64,000 bases of DNA from Octopus vulgaris (GCA_951406725.2 OX597818.1:121582001-121646000), one strand, 5' to 3'; counted from the first letter of the stretch, positions 26,031-40,006 are shown. The notes: generated from the letters alone by a model not told the origin. Program-made: numbers and translations.

Positions 26031-26889
26031 CGTCTCTTCAACATACTTTTTTCTCGAACCCAAGGATGCATAAGGCCGGTAACTTGGTTTCCATGGTGCG
26101 TTAGTGACCAAGATTGCAATATTCCTTCTGAATATGGTTCGTTGTAGGGTTCCAGCTAAGTCATTTTGAAGAGAGGAACAACTCGACCACATCGCCCCCA
26201 GTGTTTGACTGGTACTTTATTTTATCACTCCCGAAGGTATAAAAAAGGCTAAGTTTGACCTCGGCAGGATTTGAACCCAGGAGTGGCTGTGTGGCTTATG
26301 TCTTCTACTACAGCCTCGGGCTGACCAAAGCCTTGTGAGTGGATTTGGTAGACGGAAACTGAAAGAAGCCCGTCGTATATATGTATATATATATATATAT
26401 ATATATGTGTGTATGTGTGTGTGTGTGTCTGTTTGTTCTCCCAACATCACTTGACAACCGATGCTGGTCGGTTTACGTCCCCGTAACTTAGCGGTTCGGC
26501 ATAAGACACCGATAGAATAAGTACTAGGTTTACAAAGAATAAGTCCTGGGGTCGATTTGCTCGATTAAAGACGGTGTTCCAGCATGGCCGCAGTCAAGTG
26601 ACTGAGACAAGTAAACGAGTAAAAGAGTAATGCAAAGAGTCGGAAGATATGCTATATTTTGCATCTAAAACTACTTGCTTAAGGATAGCGTGAGTACAAG
26701 GGCGTAAAACATACGATCCCTGGCCTGGACCCGACCCACAACGATGTTTAAAATGCCGCCGACTAATTTTCATTTAAAAAAAGTAATTAGTTTTTAATTT
26801 TAAAATACTTGAGGCAATGGTGTGTTTGCTTCCCAAGAAAATGGTTTCGGGTTCAGTACTACACATGTCACTTTGAGTTTGTGTCTTCT

Positions 26890-27310
26890 GCGCAGGAGTG
26901 GCTGTGTGGTAAGTAGCTTACTTACCAACCACATGGTTCCGGGTTCAGTCCCACTGCGTGGCACCTTGGGGAAGTGCCTTCTACTATAGCCTCGGGCCGA
27001 CCAAAGCCTTGTGAGTGGATTTGGTAGACGGAAACTGAAAGAAGCCTGTCGTATATATGTATATGTATATATATGTGTGTATGTTTGTGTGTCTGTGTAT
27101 CTGTGTTTGTCCCCCCCCCCAACTTCGCTTGACAACCGATGCTGGTGTGTTTGCGTCCCCGTAACTTAGCGGTTCAGCAAAAGAGACTGATAGAATAAGT
27201 ACTAGGCTTACAAAGAATAAGTGCTGGGGTCGATTTGCTCGACTAAAGGCGGTGCTCCAGCATGGCCGCAGTCAAATAACTGAAACAAGTAAAAAAGCAA
27301 AAGAGCAAAG
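26890..27310 (+). mobile_element. tRNA-derived SINE family C with internal (TA)/(TG) microsatellite; other copies about 26279-26630, 34985-35340(-), 35500-35770(-), 38894-39308(+), 55475-56180(-), 56315-56730(+)
   Basis: GGCGCAGGAGTGGCTGTGTGGTAAG head, GGTTCAGTCCC B-box, CCTTGGGCAAGT core, GAAACAAGTAAAAGAG tail. Confidence 0.85.
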
Positions 27311-28484
27311 AGCAACCCTGGGCCGACCAAAGCCTTGTGAGTGGATTTGGTTGATATAAACTGAAAGAAGCTCGTCGTCTTTTTATTTACGTTCGCGTAA
27401 CTTAACGATTCAGTAGAAGATAATTGTGAGAATAAGCATCCAGGCTTAGAAGACTAAGTACTGGCATCGATCTCTTCGACAAAACTTTTCAAGGCGGCTC
27501 TGCAGCATGGCTGCAGTCCAATGACAGAAGTAAACGACAAAACGTAAAAAATATAATCTTTTCTACTCTAGGCACAAGGCCCGAAATTTTGGGGGAAGGG
27601 TGCAGTCGATTAGATCGACCTCAGTACGCAACTGGTACTTAATTTATCGACCCCGAAAGGATGAAAGGCAAAGTCAACTTCGGCGGAATTTGAACTCTGA
27701 ACGTAAAGACAGCTCGCCGCCTTAAGGTAAAAGATATACATTTCTTTACTACCCACAAGGGGCTAAACACAGAGAGGACAAACAAGGACAGACAAAGGGA
27801 TTAAGTCGATTATATCGACCCCAGTGTGTAACTGGTACTTATTTAATCGACTCCGAAAGGATAAAAGGCAAAGTCAACTTCGGCGGAATTTGAACTCAGA
27901 ACGTAAAGACAGCTCGCCGCCTTAAGGTAAAAGATATATTACATATCGTCAACATGCGTTCAACGATGGAAGCCAAATAGAATCATAATTAACACCAGGT
28001 CAGTTAAGCCTAATCAGTGCATTTAGGGAATATTTTATTTCAGCCAATAAAAGACAAACTTGTAAATCCGCATACTAAAAGACGTGACCTATTTCCCCTT
28101 CATTTTATCTATATACGCCAGAAAAAATAAAAGTTTATTTCTAATTTTATTTTTATTTATATCTTTCAGCTTTTACTAGTCTCATTCATCAAACTGCAGT
28201 AATGCTAGGGTAGAGCCTTGTAGGGGCTTAGGCGAACAAATTGACCGCAGTACTTACGTTTTTAGAGAGGTGCTGTACTTATTCTATCATCTCTTTTACC
28301 GAACCGCTAGGTTACAATTTAAGCATTAATTTTTTCCATGTAACTAAAGCTATCATAAAATAAAAGTTCCAATTAATAATATTTTTATCTTTAATCATAT
28401 TTAAATAGACTAATCTGTTCTTTGGAAATAGAAATAATACATTTCTAAACCTCTCAGTGAGATTTATGCAGTATCAGCACGATG

Positions 28485-28777
28485 AAGTGATAGTATGTTG
28501 TCAACTTAATGTGACATTCCCATGAAAGGGAAGAATGCTACTGTTATTTAACCCTAGGAAATACCGCTTCCTGTTGGACTTGACACATTTCCTGTGTCCT
28601 TATGTTTTCAAAGTGGAGACACCCTTACTGGGTGGAGGTGCTTGTCTCCACTTTGAAAACATAAGGACACAGGAAATGTGTCGTCCAACAGGAAGCGGTA
28701 TTTCCTAGGGCTAAATAACAGTAGCATCCTTCCCTTTCATGGGACTGTCACATTAAGTTGACAACATACTATCACTT
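28485..28777. repeat. Near-perfect hairpin / fold-back element (about 136-bp arms, 21-nt loop)
   Basis: 28485-28621 is the reverse complement of 28643-28777 with few mismatches. Confidence 0.9.
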
Positions 28778-28977
28778 TAATCAGTTCTTTATCTTAAATC
28801 TTCGTAAATAAGAATGCTTATCGTGGGGATATTAGATTATAATTCTTTTTTTTCAATTTGTCAGGCATTTGAAATAACTTTTATGCAATAGATGCAGCAT
28901 CCCCAATATCATAAAGCAAAACTAATATACACGCAATATATATATGTATATATATTGCATGTATGTATGTATGTATG

Positions 28978-29027
<50 letters not shown>

Positions 29028-29104
29028 AAGGGAAAGTTTACGAAAATAAACAAAAGACGAAGGCAGGTGGTGTACAAACAAACAAATGTATTAGTATAGC
29101 GCTT

Positions 29105-29602
29105 GTTAAGCGAACAGATTTATTTTCGGAGGACACCTCATCAGGTACCCACTTCCCTTCTCAACATACTTTCTCAATTTGCACAACATGATTTTGCACG
29201 CTAGACCATGGTTGATTAAGCTTTCAGGATATTTTCCGATATGCTGATGCAAATCTTCTTCAATTGCTCGTTTCACTGCATCGTTATTGAGAATAATTGA
29301 TCTTCCCGATCGATTGCCATCCAAACGATCGAAATCACCGCTCGAGAATTTTTAAAACTATATTTGACATTTCCGAACACTCGCACCATCAGGATTATCA
29401 ATACGTATGATTTCCCTTACACATGCTGCATTGCTGCCCATACGAAATTCGTTAAGCATTGGCTCTCAGATAGATCATATACATGGGCAGTACGTATCGA
29501 GAGTTTTATGCATATCTTATACATTAGGGGTACCGAAAAGTAATATTGTATTATCAAATAATTTAGAAGCCAATAAAAGCTGTCCTTGCAATCAACCAAT
29601 CA
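29105..29602 (-). mobile_element. Decayed mariner transposase, 5' part
   Basis: RSGR HTH region and KWVP(D)E motif, with frameshifts. Confidence 0.6.
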
Positions 29603-29699
29603 GCATAGAGCTAATGACCAAGTAATTTCAGCTGATGATTTATTGTGCAACATTTTCTTTCAATAGCTATACGCATTACATCACTGTTATATCTTTTTA

Positions 29700-30513
29700 A
29701 TTATCTTGGATTTTAAAAGAGTACTTGTGATTGTTGAATCTGACTTTGAAGGAAACTTCCGTTATCCCCACATATCTCCGTACCTGCGTCGCCTCGTTGA
29801 GATTCTTCCATACTACTTCTGTCGCATACATTGACTCTAGAGTTGTCATGAAACATTACAGCTGCACAAGCTGCTTGTCTCTGCGTTTGGTTTGAGTCTA
29901 TTTACTACAATTTGCCTCATGCTAAATGAACAGCTAATTGAAGTCCCCAAAATATGCCTGATGCAACTTTTCCTATAATTATGTATCTGTAGTAAAATGC
30001 TTCCTTGGTTATTGAAGGAATATCCTACATACGAAAGTCTTAACGTTAAGCGAAAACGAGAATGTAAACAATATGACCTTATGGAGCGCTTTCTGCTTGT
30101 GGGACTTGAGTCAGGCATATAACTATTATTTTTGAAATTGCGAGTAGCCAGAGACTCGCTATAGTACTGGACCACAGTGTCGAAGATATAATTTGAAGAT
30201 ATGATGGAGACCCTTATGCTAACACCATTCACTTGATTTTTTTTTAATCTGTGGCTGGATGGCAGAAAGTTGCGTTAATGTATGTCAGCCCCTCATTTGG
30301 TTTCCGGAAGAATTAAGTGAAACGTGTATCTATGGTTCCCACATCACATCTAAGATTTCAAAAACTTTGAAGTTATTTCAAAGTTTATTTTGTAACTTTG
30401 AGCGCAAATGAATTGAGGGCATAAGTTAAGCCATTCCTGAAGATATCAAGTGTAAGGTCGTTCGCTCCTCTCCATAATGCCAATGCATCGTCCCTATATA
30501 GGCCAAAGCTAGT

Positions 30514-30557
<44 letters not shown>

Positions 30558-30990
30558 AATTATTATATACAGTGCTCAGGTGCACCACAACTTGTCAAAA
30601 GTGCGTATAAAATATATGCAGTAATGTACAAATGTCTGGAAAGTGAACAGTGTATGAGTCAAATACATGCTTGCGTATGTATGGAGGGGAGAAAGATCAG
30701 ATGTAGTGTTGGCGAATCTCAGGAAGCATGGAAGTTTTGAAGGATGCAGTGCTCCGATAACTAACAACTGATGCCGGCAGTTTGTTCCATGCTTCAGCAA
30801 CTCGAGTTGCTGAAGCATGGAACAAACTGCCGGCATCAGTTGTTAGTTGTCGGAGCACTGCATCCTTCAAAACTTGAAGTTGAGAGGAATTTCTTCTCAA
30901 GCCAGGAATAAAATTACCTAAAATGAAAAGACCTAGAAGACCATACACTTCAACACTGTCAAAAACTCCCATTGTTACATCGAAGGAGCT
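29700..30990 (-). mobile_element. Decayed Penelope-like element reverse transcriptase, interrupted by a CR1-like tail
   Basis: MGVFDSVEVYGLLGLFIL ... FGLYRDDAL ... KPN.GLTYIN..CHP ... IRVSIISSN, resembling PLE RT motifs MGS.DGAE.CELVG and GLYRDDGL. Confidence 0.75.
30515..30875 (-). mobile_element. CR1/L2-group LINE 3' tail with (ATT)n end and fold-back 5' end; sister copy at 32584-32944
   Basis: RVAEAWNKLPASVVS.RSTASFK motif; the two copies are nearly identical. Confidence 0.8.
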
Positions 30991-31967
30991 TTCCTAGTCA
31001 GTGAGCCTGACACACTATGATCTTATAATCAAATAAGGTACTCGTTAATACAGTTATTTATATATCCAGTCAAGAAACGAATAAAAGCACAAATGGATCA
31101 TTAGTAAGAATTGAATATTATTTTTGATTTTTGTGTTGTCTGCGACTCATATAGTATGCTATGGAGAAGTTTTACATTATGATTCTGCGTATTTTGATTT
31201 TGGAGTTTGTCACTTGTGTTTGGCCCACCCAAAACCGCATGACAGTGTTGATTTGTTTGTGCCCCAGCCCGTCATTTAGCGGTTCGGCACAAGACACCGA
31301 CAGAAATAAGTAGCAGACTCAAAATATAAGTCCTAGGGGATAGGGTGATGCCCTATCATTGCGAGTAGCCATGTTCCACTGAGTGAAACAAGTAGAAAGA
31401 TAAAAAAAAATTGATAGATATCTCCTTGGACAATGTATGTTAAAACAGACACGGAATGAATGCCTGCTTATAATTGGTTTGCTTATCAGAGTTTGAACTA
31501 TTGCTTAACAACGGGCAACCATAGATGATCAAACAGTAATGTTGCAAAATATCTGATGAAGGTAAATAACTCTACTAGTCATTACTCAGATTTACTTCCC
31601 CTGGTACTCTGTTTTTTTTAAGGCTGTCATTACGTCCTAAATAAATCTTAACCGAACAAACCTATAACACTGGTCTCCAACAAATGTGATTCTTACATAT
31701 AAATATGTGCTTCTTACTAATTTTCTAGCGCTATCGGACCAGGATTTCTGTATATTCTTTTCTTCTCGAGGCACAAGACCCAACATTTTTGGGGAGGGTA
31801 CCAGTCGATTAGATCGACCCCAGAACGTAACAGCTACTTAATTTATCGACCCATGCTCGCGTTTCTGCCATAGGATTTCTGTATATTGGATGGAAAATAT
31901 GTTCTGCGTACAGTCGTTTCTATCCGTTTTATAACACATGGTGAGGTATGTATATATACTAACTATA

Positions 31968-32376
31968 AGGCGGCGAGCTGGCAGAATCGTTAGCACGCCG
32001 GGCGAAATGCCTAGCGGTATTTTGTCTGCCGTTACGTTCTGAGTTCAAATTCCGCTAAGGTCGACTTTGCTTCTCATCCTTTCGGGGTCGATAAATTAAG
32101 TACCAGTTACGTACTGGGGTCGATGTAATCGACTTAATACCTATGTCTGTCCTTGTTTGTCCCCTCTGTGTTTAGCCCCTTGTGGGTAATAAAGAAATAG
32201 GTATTTCGTCAGCCGTTACGTTCTGAGTTCAAATTCCGCTAAGGTCGACTTTGCCTCTCATCCTTTCGGGGTCGATTAAATAAGTACTAGTTACGCACTG
32301 GGGTCGATATAATCGACTTAATCTGTTTGTCTGTCCCCTCTGTGTTTAGCCCCTTATGGGTAGTAAAGAAATAGGT
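31968..32376 (+). mobile_element. SINE family A tandem dimer; further multimers about 27557-27935(-), 33196-33484(-), 62915-63410(-)
   Basis: Family A consensus with aaagaaatag|gtatttcgtc junction. Confidence 0.85.
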
Positions 32377-32404
32377 ATAGGTTTAGTTGGCTGTGGTTCG
32401 TCTT

Positions 32405-33195
32405 GTTAGTCATCATCCATAGAGCTGCTATTGGAATCAGAATCCATTCTTAGCTCATGTTCAACAGGTGGAACTAGAACCAGTATTACTGGTCAGATTT
32501 CTGAAGGGATATTTGGGTATTGTATTGTAGTTTGTGTCTTGCCAGTTATTCCTTTGATGTTTGTAAGGCAGAAGTAGCAGTCATAATAATAATAATAATA
32601 ATGAAATTATTGTATACAGTGTTCAGGTGCACCACAACTTGTCAGAAGTGCATATAGAGTATATGCAATAATGTACAAATGTCAGGAAAGTGAACAGTGT
32701 ATGAGTCAGATACATGCTTGTGTATGTATGGAGGGGAGAAAATCGGGTGTAGTGTTGGCGAATCTCAGGAAGCATGGAAGTTTTGAAGGATGCAGTGCTC
32801 CGACAACTGACAACTGATGCCGGCAGTTTGTTATGTTTCCGAAAGTCATGGGAGCTGTCCTGATTTCTGACTTTGTAACCATGTCCACAGGTGTTAGACA
32901 GGTGGAGTTTGAAAAGGTGCTCAGAGTTATTGTTTGTAAGATGGTTATGGTCTCTGGGTTCTCGCCACACCATTGGTATGGCAAAAAACAAACCTGAGCT
33001 TCGGTTTCAAATCATCCAGGTGATTGGCACAAGATCTACACACTATATGTGGTGACCATTTCTTGTCTTGGTCCCCTAATAGGGTTTTAATGTAGGCTTT
33101 GTAGTTTAATTGAACTACTTTGGGGATGGGTTTCTTAATGCTTTCCATTCACAAGATCTACACACTATATGCGGTGACCATTTCTTGTCTTGGTC
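32405..33195 (-). mobile_element. Decayed Chapaev3-like (CMC) transposase N-terminus, split by a LINE insertion
   Basis: YKAY..LLGDQDKKWSPHIVCRSC..FAIPMVWREPRDH | insertion | DCYFCLTNIKGITGKTQTTIQYPNIPSEI*PV. Family assignment from memory. Confidence 0.6.
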
Positions 33196-34016
33196 AGGCA
33201 AAGTTGACCTTGGCGGAATTTGAACTCAGAACGTAGCGGCAGAATAAATACCTATTTCTTTACTACCCACAAGGGGCGAAACACAGAAGGGACAAACAAG
33301 TACAGACAAACGGATTAAGTCGATTATATGGACCCCAGTGCGTAACTGGTACTTATTTAATCGACCTCAAAAGGATAAAGGCAAAGTCAACCTCGGCAGA
33401 ATTTGAACTCAGAACAGAACGGCAGACGAAATACCGCTTAGCATTTCGCCCAGCATGCTAATGTTTCTGCCAGCTTGCCGCCTTCAAGTATATGTTTTAT
33501 TGTAAAGAGAGAAAATTCGCTAACGGCTACTTCATTGGTTATCTGGCAAGCATTATCAATGCAGTGGGCAGGGGAGGAAATTGCTTCACCAGGAAAAGAG
33601 ATTTTTTTTTTTTTTATTAGTGAAGTGAATTTGTTAGAAGGATAAATATCATACAATATTCATATTTACACGACTTAATATTTTTCTTTTTATTACTGTT
33701 CTTAGTATTTGCACCATCCCAAACGAAGTAAAGAATTTCAATCAAAGTAATAAAGTTTACAAAAATTCTAAACTTTTTAGAATCTAAAAACAAAATATAA
33801 AATGTGAAATTAATATTAAATGATAAAATATATTCTAAGCAATAAAAGCTAACACAAAAATTAAAGTATAAAAAACCAATACTAATGAGATAGATACAAA
33901 TTAATTTTCCCATTATAAGGCCTCTGGTAGGAAGGAAGGTAACTCAAACAGGTAACCTAGCCTCAGTGCTTGCATTGAAATTAGTTTTCGCATTTATTAT
34001 ATTGGATATATATACA

Positions 34017-34455
34017 CAGGTCATCGTCAACATATGACCATAATTGGTTCCTATTAACTGCTTGTAAGTCAATTTGGTGGTAAGTTGGCCTATAGGCCTA
34101 CATAGCTTTGTTTTACATTTTTAGGTAAAAGTCACACACAACTTTCTGTATTATACTATTATACTAGCATTAGTCAAAAATTTCAGTCTCAAGCAGTCGT
34201 CTTATAAACAATTACAAGATTGCCTTGATGTCTCCACGACAGGATAGTCATCCAACACAGTGGCGATCAATAACCAAACCTAGGGGAAGCGTTTGTTAGC
34301 TGACATCATCTGTAGATAGGAAAATTTCTAAGAAATTAAACCCATTAGATTTCAACTGGACCATTTATTACTGCTGCCAGAAACTGGCACGCCAATCATC
34401 ATAAAGTCAAGCAGTCATAAGTTAGATAGATCATAGGTCGATGACAACCTTTATA
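34017..34455. mobile_element. Tigger-like MITE
   Basis: caggtcatcgtcaacatatgacc ... tcataggtcgatgacaacct imperfect TIRs. Confidence 0.5.
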
Positions 34456-34464
34456 TATATTTAA

Positions 34465-34820
34465 TTTAATTTAATTTTTTTGGCTCAAAAAGCCAAAGCA
34501 AGGCCATGTAGGGGGACATGGAATTATGTACAGGGAGGGTGTTCATACAAAGAGTTCAGGCCATTTCTGGTCAAGAGAGACTTTGAACTGAGCGGTCGTC
34601 GGCATCTTCACTATCTCGTCCAGCAGCTTATTCCACGGATCCGCAACTCGGATGGAGAAAGCCCCTCTCCTTCGATTGAGGTGAAATCGTCGTAGATAGA
34701 GCTTTTCGGAGTGACCCCACAGCCCACGCTCTGGAGCAGGAGTGAAGAACAGCTCTTTTGAGAGGTTACACTTTCCGCTTATGTTGTGAGCGAGAATGAG
34801 ATCACCACGGTGTCGTCGTT
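34465..34820 (-). mobile_element. CR1/L2-group LINE 3' fragment
   Basis: RRHRGDLILAHNI...RG..GHSEKL...FSIRVADPWNKL...FKVSLD; short (ATTAA)n tail. Confidence 0.85.
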
Positions 34821-36602
34821 TATATATATATATACTTACACACACGTGTTACACATTAACCAATGCCCATTTATAAGATAAGATAAAGAGTGATAGTCTA
34901 ATGACACAGAGTGCTGTAGATCTCCAGATACCACAGGTAACCAGTCAGAAATTACATTTTTCAATCTAAAGTATTATCTCTTTTTTTACTCTTTTACTTA
35001 TTTCAGTCATTTGACTGCAGCCATGCTGGAGCACCGCCTTCAGTTGAGCAAATCGACCCCAAGACTTATTCTTTGTAAGCCTAGTACTTATTCTATCGGT
35101 CTCTTTTACCGAACTGCTAAGTTACGGGGATGGAAACACGCCAGCATCAGTTGTCAAGTGATGTTGGCGGGGACAAACACAGACACACATACATATATAC
35201 GACAGGTTTCTTTCAGTTTCTGTCTACCAAATCCACTCACAAGGCTTTGGTCGGCCTGTGGCTATAGTAGAAGACACTGGGACCAAACCCGGAACCATGT
35301 GGTTTGCAAGCAAACTACTTACCACACAGCCACTTCTATGCCTGTTGAGAGATATATCATTTCAGGTCTGCTTTTTGTGCTGGCATGGGTTAGGAGGGTT
35401 TTCACAATCTGAATCAATTCTTAGAGTTACTGCCTTCTGAAAGAAGTCAGAGGACAGCATCTTGCTTGTATGTTCATCTTTGGAATAAGTGCAGGTTAGA
35501 ACTGCTAAGTTACGGGGATGGAAACACAGCAGCATCGGTTGTCAAGCGATGTTGGGGGGACACAGACACACAAACATATACATACACACATACATATATA
35601 TATATATATATACAACAGGCTTCTTTCAGTTTCTGTCTACCAAATCCATTCACAAGGCTTTGGTTGGCCCGAGGCTATAGTAGAAGACACTTGCCGAAGG
35701 TGCCACGCAGTGGGAATGAACCCGGAACTATGTGGTTGGTAAGCAAGCTACTTAACACACAGCCACTCCTGTATATGTATTTGTGTACACCCTTGTCTTG
35801 ACATCATGTGATAGATATAAATGAATATCACCATCGTAGGAGTCTGGCTATGGATGAGGGTGGGGAGATTATCTTGCTTGAAAACAGTTGGGATATGGGG
35901 ACAAGTAAGGCATCCAGCTGTAGAAAATCTGCAACAAATTCTGTTTGACTCATGCAACCATGGAAAAAAGTAGACATCAAATGATAAACATGATGAACAA
36001 AAAACATCCTCAGACATTCTGCAGCTGTGAAAGTTAATGGTAGCTGAAAACAGAAAGAATGATTAATAGACTGATTAACAGATGTTACCTTCACTTGGTG
36101 TCCTGTGAGGTTAAACAATGATTTAACTTCAGTTGACACCAGGGGTGGCTGCCAAAAAATTAGTCCAAAAGCTCAATCAATCTTCAACATTTACAATTAC
36201 TGAGTGTCACATTTCCAGTTAAGTTAATTTATAATGACAGCTGATTTATACAAGCATGAGTATATATGTGTGTCTATATAGCTCCATACGTAACAACAAT
36301 TAACCCTAGATCTGACTCGGGGGTTATCACTTATTGGAAAATTATTAATTGCTTATAATACCCCTTAATTTCTTAATTCTGTAGCTCAGTGGGTAATAGG
36401 TTCTGCTCATGATTGCTATCATATTGCTTTTACATATGCATTTTATATATGTGTGTGTGTGTGTATATGAGAGAGAGAGAGAGGGAGAGAGGGGGAGGGA
36501 GAGAGAGAGATTATGATAAACACAAGTTCACATTTGTTATCTACATATTTGCAACCTTTGCACTGGGTGTTTCAAGGGCAATTGGATGTTGAATCACAAT
36601 CA

Positions 36603-37886
36603 TATCAGGACAATTACCCCCAATGACAAACTACTCGTTAGGAAAATTATTCTCTTTTGCTTAATTACCTGCTCTCCAATATATAAAATCAGTGGAATCA
36701 TTTTTGCAGAGTTTTGAATTGTTTTAAAACTTTTTTTTGAATTGTCTGATAATGCAGACATACACTTTCCCAAATGCATCAATAAATTGACATTGATATT
36801 TTTTCACTGTGGTTACAATAATCTGAAATGGAACTGTGAAAGCACAATATTTGAGCAATTTTGGCATTCAACCTCAAAAAAGGATGTTAAGCAGCTGAAA
36901 CTGCTCACAATATCAACAAAACATTCGGTGAGGAAATGACCAGTGAGTGGTCAACTCTAAAATGGTTTAAACGATTTTGCAGTGGAGACCTGAGCTTTGC
37001 AGATCACGAGCCTAGTGGACGCTCATCTGTCATCGAAGATGATCAATTAAAGACTTACATTGAGAAAGATCCATGTAAAACTATTCAAGAACTGGCAAAA
37101 GAACTTCAAGCTAGCCAGAACACTGCCAGCAACCATTTGCATGCGATCAGAATATCAAAAAAGCTCGACAAATGGGTACCACACAATTTGAATGAAAGTC
37201 AGAAAATGTGCAGATATGAAATTTGCTCATCGCTTCTCCATAACCAGACCAATCCATTTCTCGACCATATTGTAACTTGTGGTGAAAAGTGGATTCTGTA
37301 CAATAATAAAAAAAGGTTCTTCGTAGTGGTTGGACCAAAATGAAGCACCGAAAACTTCCTTAGACCTAACTCTTCAAAAAGAAGGTTATGGTGACTGTTT
37401 GCTGGTGTATTGCTGGACTCATTCCACTATAACTTCTTAAAACCTGGAAAAACCATTACTGCAGTAACATATTGCCATGAAATTGCCAAAATGAATGAAA
37501 AACTGCTACTCCTCCGTCCCAGACAATGCTCAACCATACGTTTCCCTAATGATGCTCCAGAAGTTGAGGGAACTACAAAGTTCTTCCCTACCCAGTTTAT
37601 ACACCAGACCTTTCTCCTACCGACTAACACTTTTTCAAGCACTTTAATGGTTTCCTGTTAGAGGAGTTCAAAAATCAAACCAATGCTGACAGTACATTCA
37701 AAGAGTTCGTCAGCTCCAGAACTCCAAATTTTTATGTTACCAGAATAAACAAACTTGTAACTCGTTGGCAAAAATGTGTTGATTGTTATGGCACTTACTT
37801 TGATGAATAAAATTTCTGCATTGTTGAAATATATCGTGGCGAATTTCATGTTTAAAAACACTGTTTACTTTTTACTCAGCCTGATA
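36603..37886 (+). mobile_element. Near full-length (about 1.28 kb) decayed mariner transposon
   Basis: TATCAGG..CCTGATA ends; WFKRF.SGD.S..D...SGR, WVPHNL, TC(G)EKWILYNN and YTPDLSPTD motifs, with frameshifts and stops. Confidence 0.9.
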
Positions 37887-39057
37887 TTTTAAATTTCTGA
37901 AAATCAGAGTAAGCTGTGAAACTGGTTAAATCTTTAAATATAATAGTAAAAAATATTTTAACTACACTTAGTGCATTTTCAACTTGTATTTTATATAGTT
38001 AATCCAAACATGAACAAAGAGAAAACACAACAACGCAAGGACGAGAAACAAGTACAGTGTTATTGGATGCTCAGGAAAGGAAAGAAAGAAGGAGGATTTA
38101 ATGTCTTGAGCAGAGCTCGTCATCAGAAACATAGAAAAAGGAAAGGTCCAAGGAAGAGAAGACGGAGAAAGAAAATCACCAACGATACACACGCTGTCAC
38201 ACACACAATTTCTATTTACAAACATATCTAAGCTGTTTAACATTTAAAACAAAAATGCAATACCATTGTAGTAGAAAACCAAGGAAAATTTGGAATAAAG
38301 AGCAAAAAATTGATTGTGTCTATGGATACCTGTATGCATTTGTAAATAAAATACATATTGACAAAACTTCTTCGGATCCCTTGACAGTCTCTAATCTCTC
38401 CAACATTCTTATATCTCATCCCTCATCTGCCTATCATCCATATCAGTTACCCTTGTCTTTATCACACATAACTAAAGTGCACATCCCTGTGTCACTCTCC
38501 TCTTTGCAAGACTTGTAGCCTGTAATAGAACATAATCTATATCTTATTCCAGTTTTCCATTTTTAACAAGGGTTCTATGGCAGGATACCCTTCTTATTAC
38601 CAACCATTTTACAGTATGAATTATGTACATTTTATCATACCTGTCACTTTCACATCTTAAATGAACCAGTAATTGGCCTTGTTAGAAATCAAACACTATT
38701 CACAAAAATGCATATGTAAAAAATAAATAAAAAGTCAAGTAGCCTTGTCATGATTTTGGTAATGCAGAGAATGAGTATTTCAATAAAATTCACTGGAAGT
38801 GGAATACATGAGACATGTATTCAAGAGGCAGTAATGTCTGTATTTTGAGGCTAAAAAAAGCTCCATCGTATATTTGAAAAGAAAAACATTTATAGGCGCA
38901 GGAGTGGCTGTGTGGTAAGTACCTTGCTAACCAACCACACGCTTCTGGGTTCAGTCCCACTGCATGGCATCTTGGGCAAGTGTCTTCTGCTATAGCCCCG
39001 GGCCGACCAATGCCTTGTGAGTGGATTTGGTAGACGGAAACTGAAAGAAGCCTGTCG

Positions 39058-39127
<70 letters not shown>

Positions 39128-39962
39128 CCTAGCATTGCTTGACAACCGATGCTGGTGTGTTTACGTCCCCGTCACTTAGCGGTTCGGCAAAAGAGACCGA
39201 TAGGATAAGTACTGGGCTTACAAAGAATAAGTCCCGGGTCGATTTGCTCGACTAAAGGCGGTGCTCCAGCATGGCCGCAGTCAAATGACTGAAACAAGTA
39301 AAAGAGTATGTACAATGGCTATCTTAACTGACAAATAGCTAAGTTAAAAAGAGAGTTACTACACAACCTGCTAGATATAGTAGTCAAATCACCCTACCAT
39401 CTTTAAAAACTGGATACACTGAGAAAAGTATGGTCTGAAATAACACAAGTAGAACAATCAGTCATAGTTGGAATATTTATTGAATCTGCTCAACTGAAGT
39501 CATCCAACTTAAAACTTCAAATGCTTACCATTCACGATTGTGACTGCAAATATTTTAATGAAGCTGATCTAAAACAAAATTACTTAAAAAAATTAAGACA
39601 TTTTTGAATAACAATAACAGCACACTTAAAATATTTCATAAGAATTTTAATATATGTAAAGAATTTAACAGAAACAGCATCAAAATAATTATAATTAGAA
39701 ATTAAGACAGAACATTTAATTTTATAGAAATGATAACAAAATTTGACAAAAAAATATTTGCAAATTAGCAACCAGAGAAGCTCATGGTATGCTGAACAAA
39801 CGTTCTGAGTCAAATATATCATTGTTTATACAACAACAATGCTAATATTTGACAAAGGATCTTTTATGGATGGAATGTAGCAAACTGTTGTATGCAATCA
39901 CTATACATCAGCTATTATAGTAGACATCTGCAATTATCCCTTCATCACACACTCACATTATA

Positions 39963-40006
<44 letters not shown>

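Noticed and set aside
36936-37343. 135-aa mariner ORF as a functional or domesticated transposase
   Set aside because: First catalytic Asp replaced (TCGEKW); frameshifts and stops upstream and downstream.
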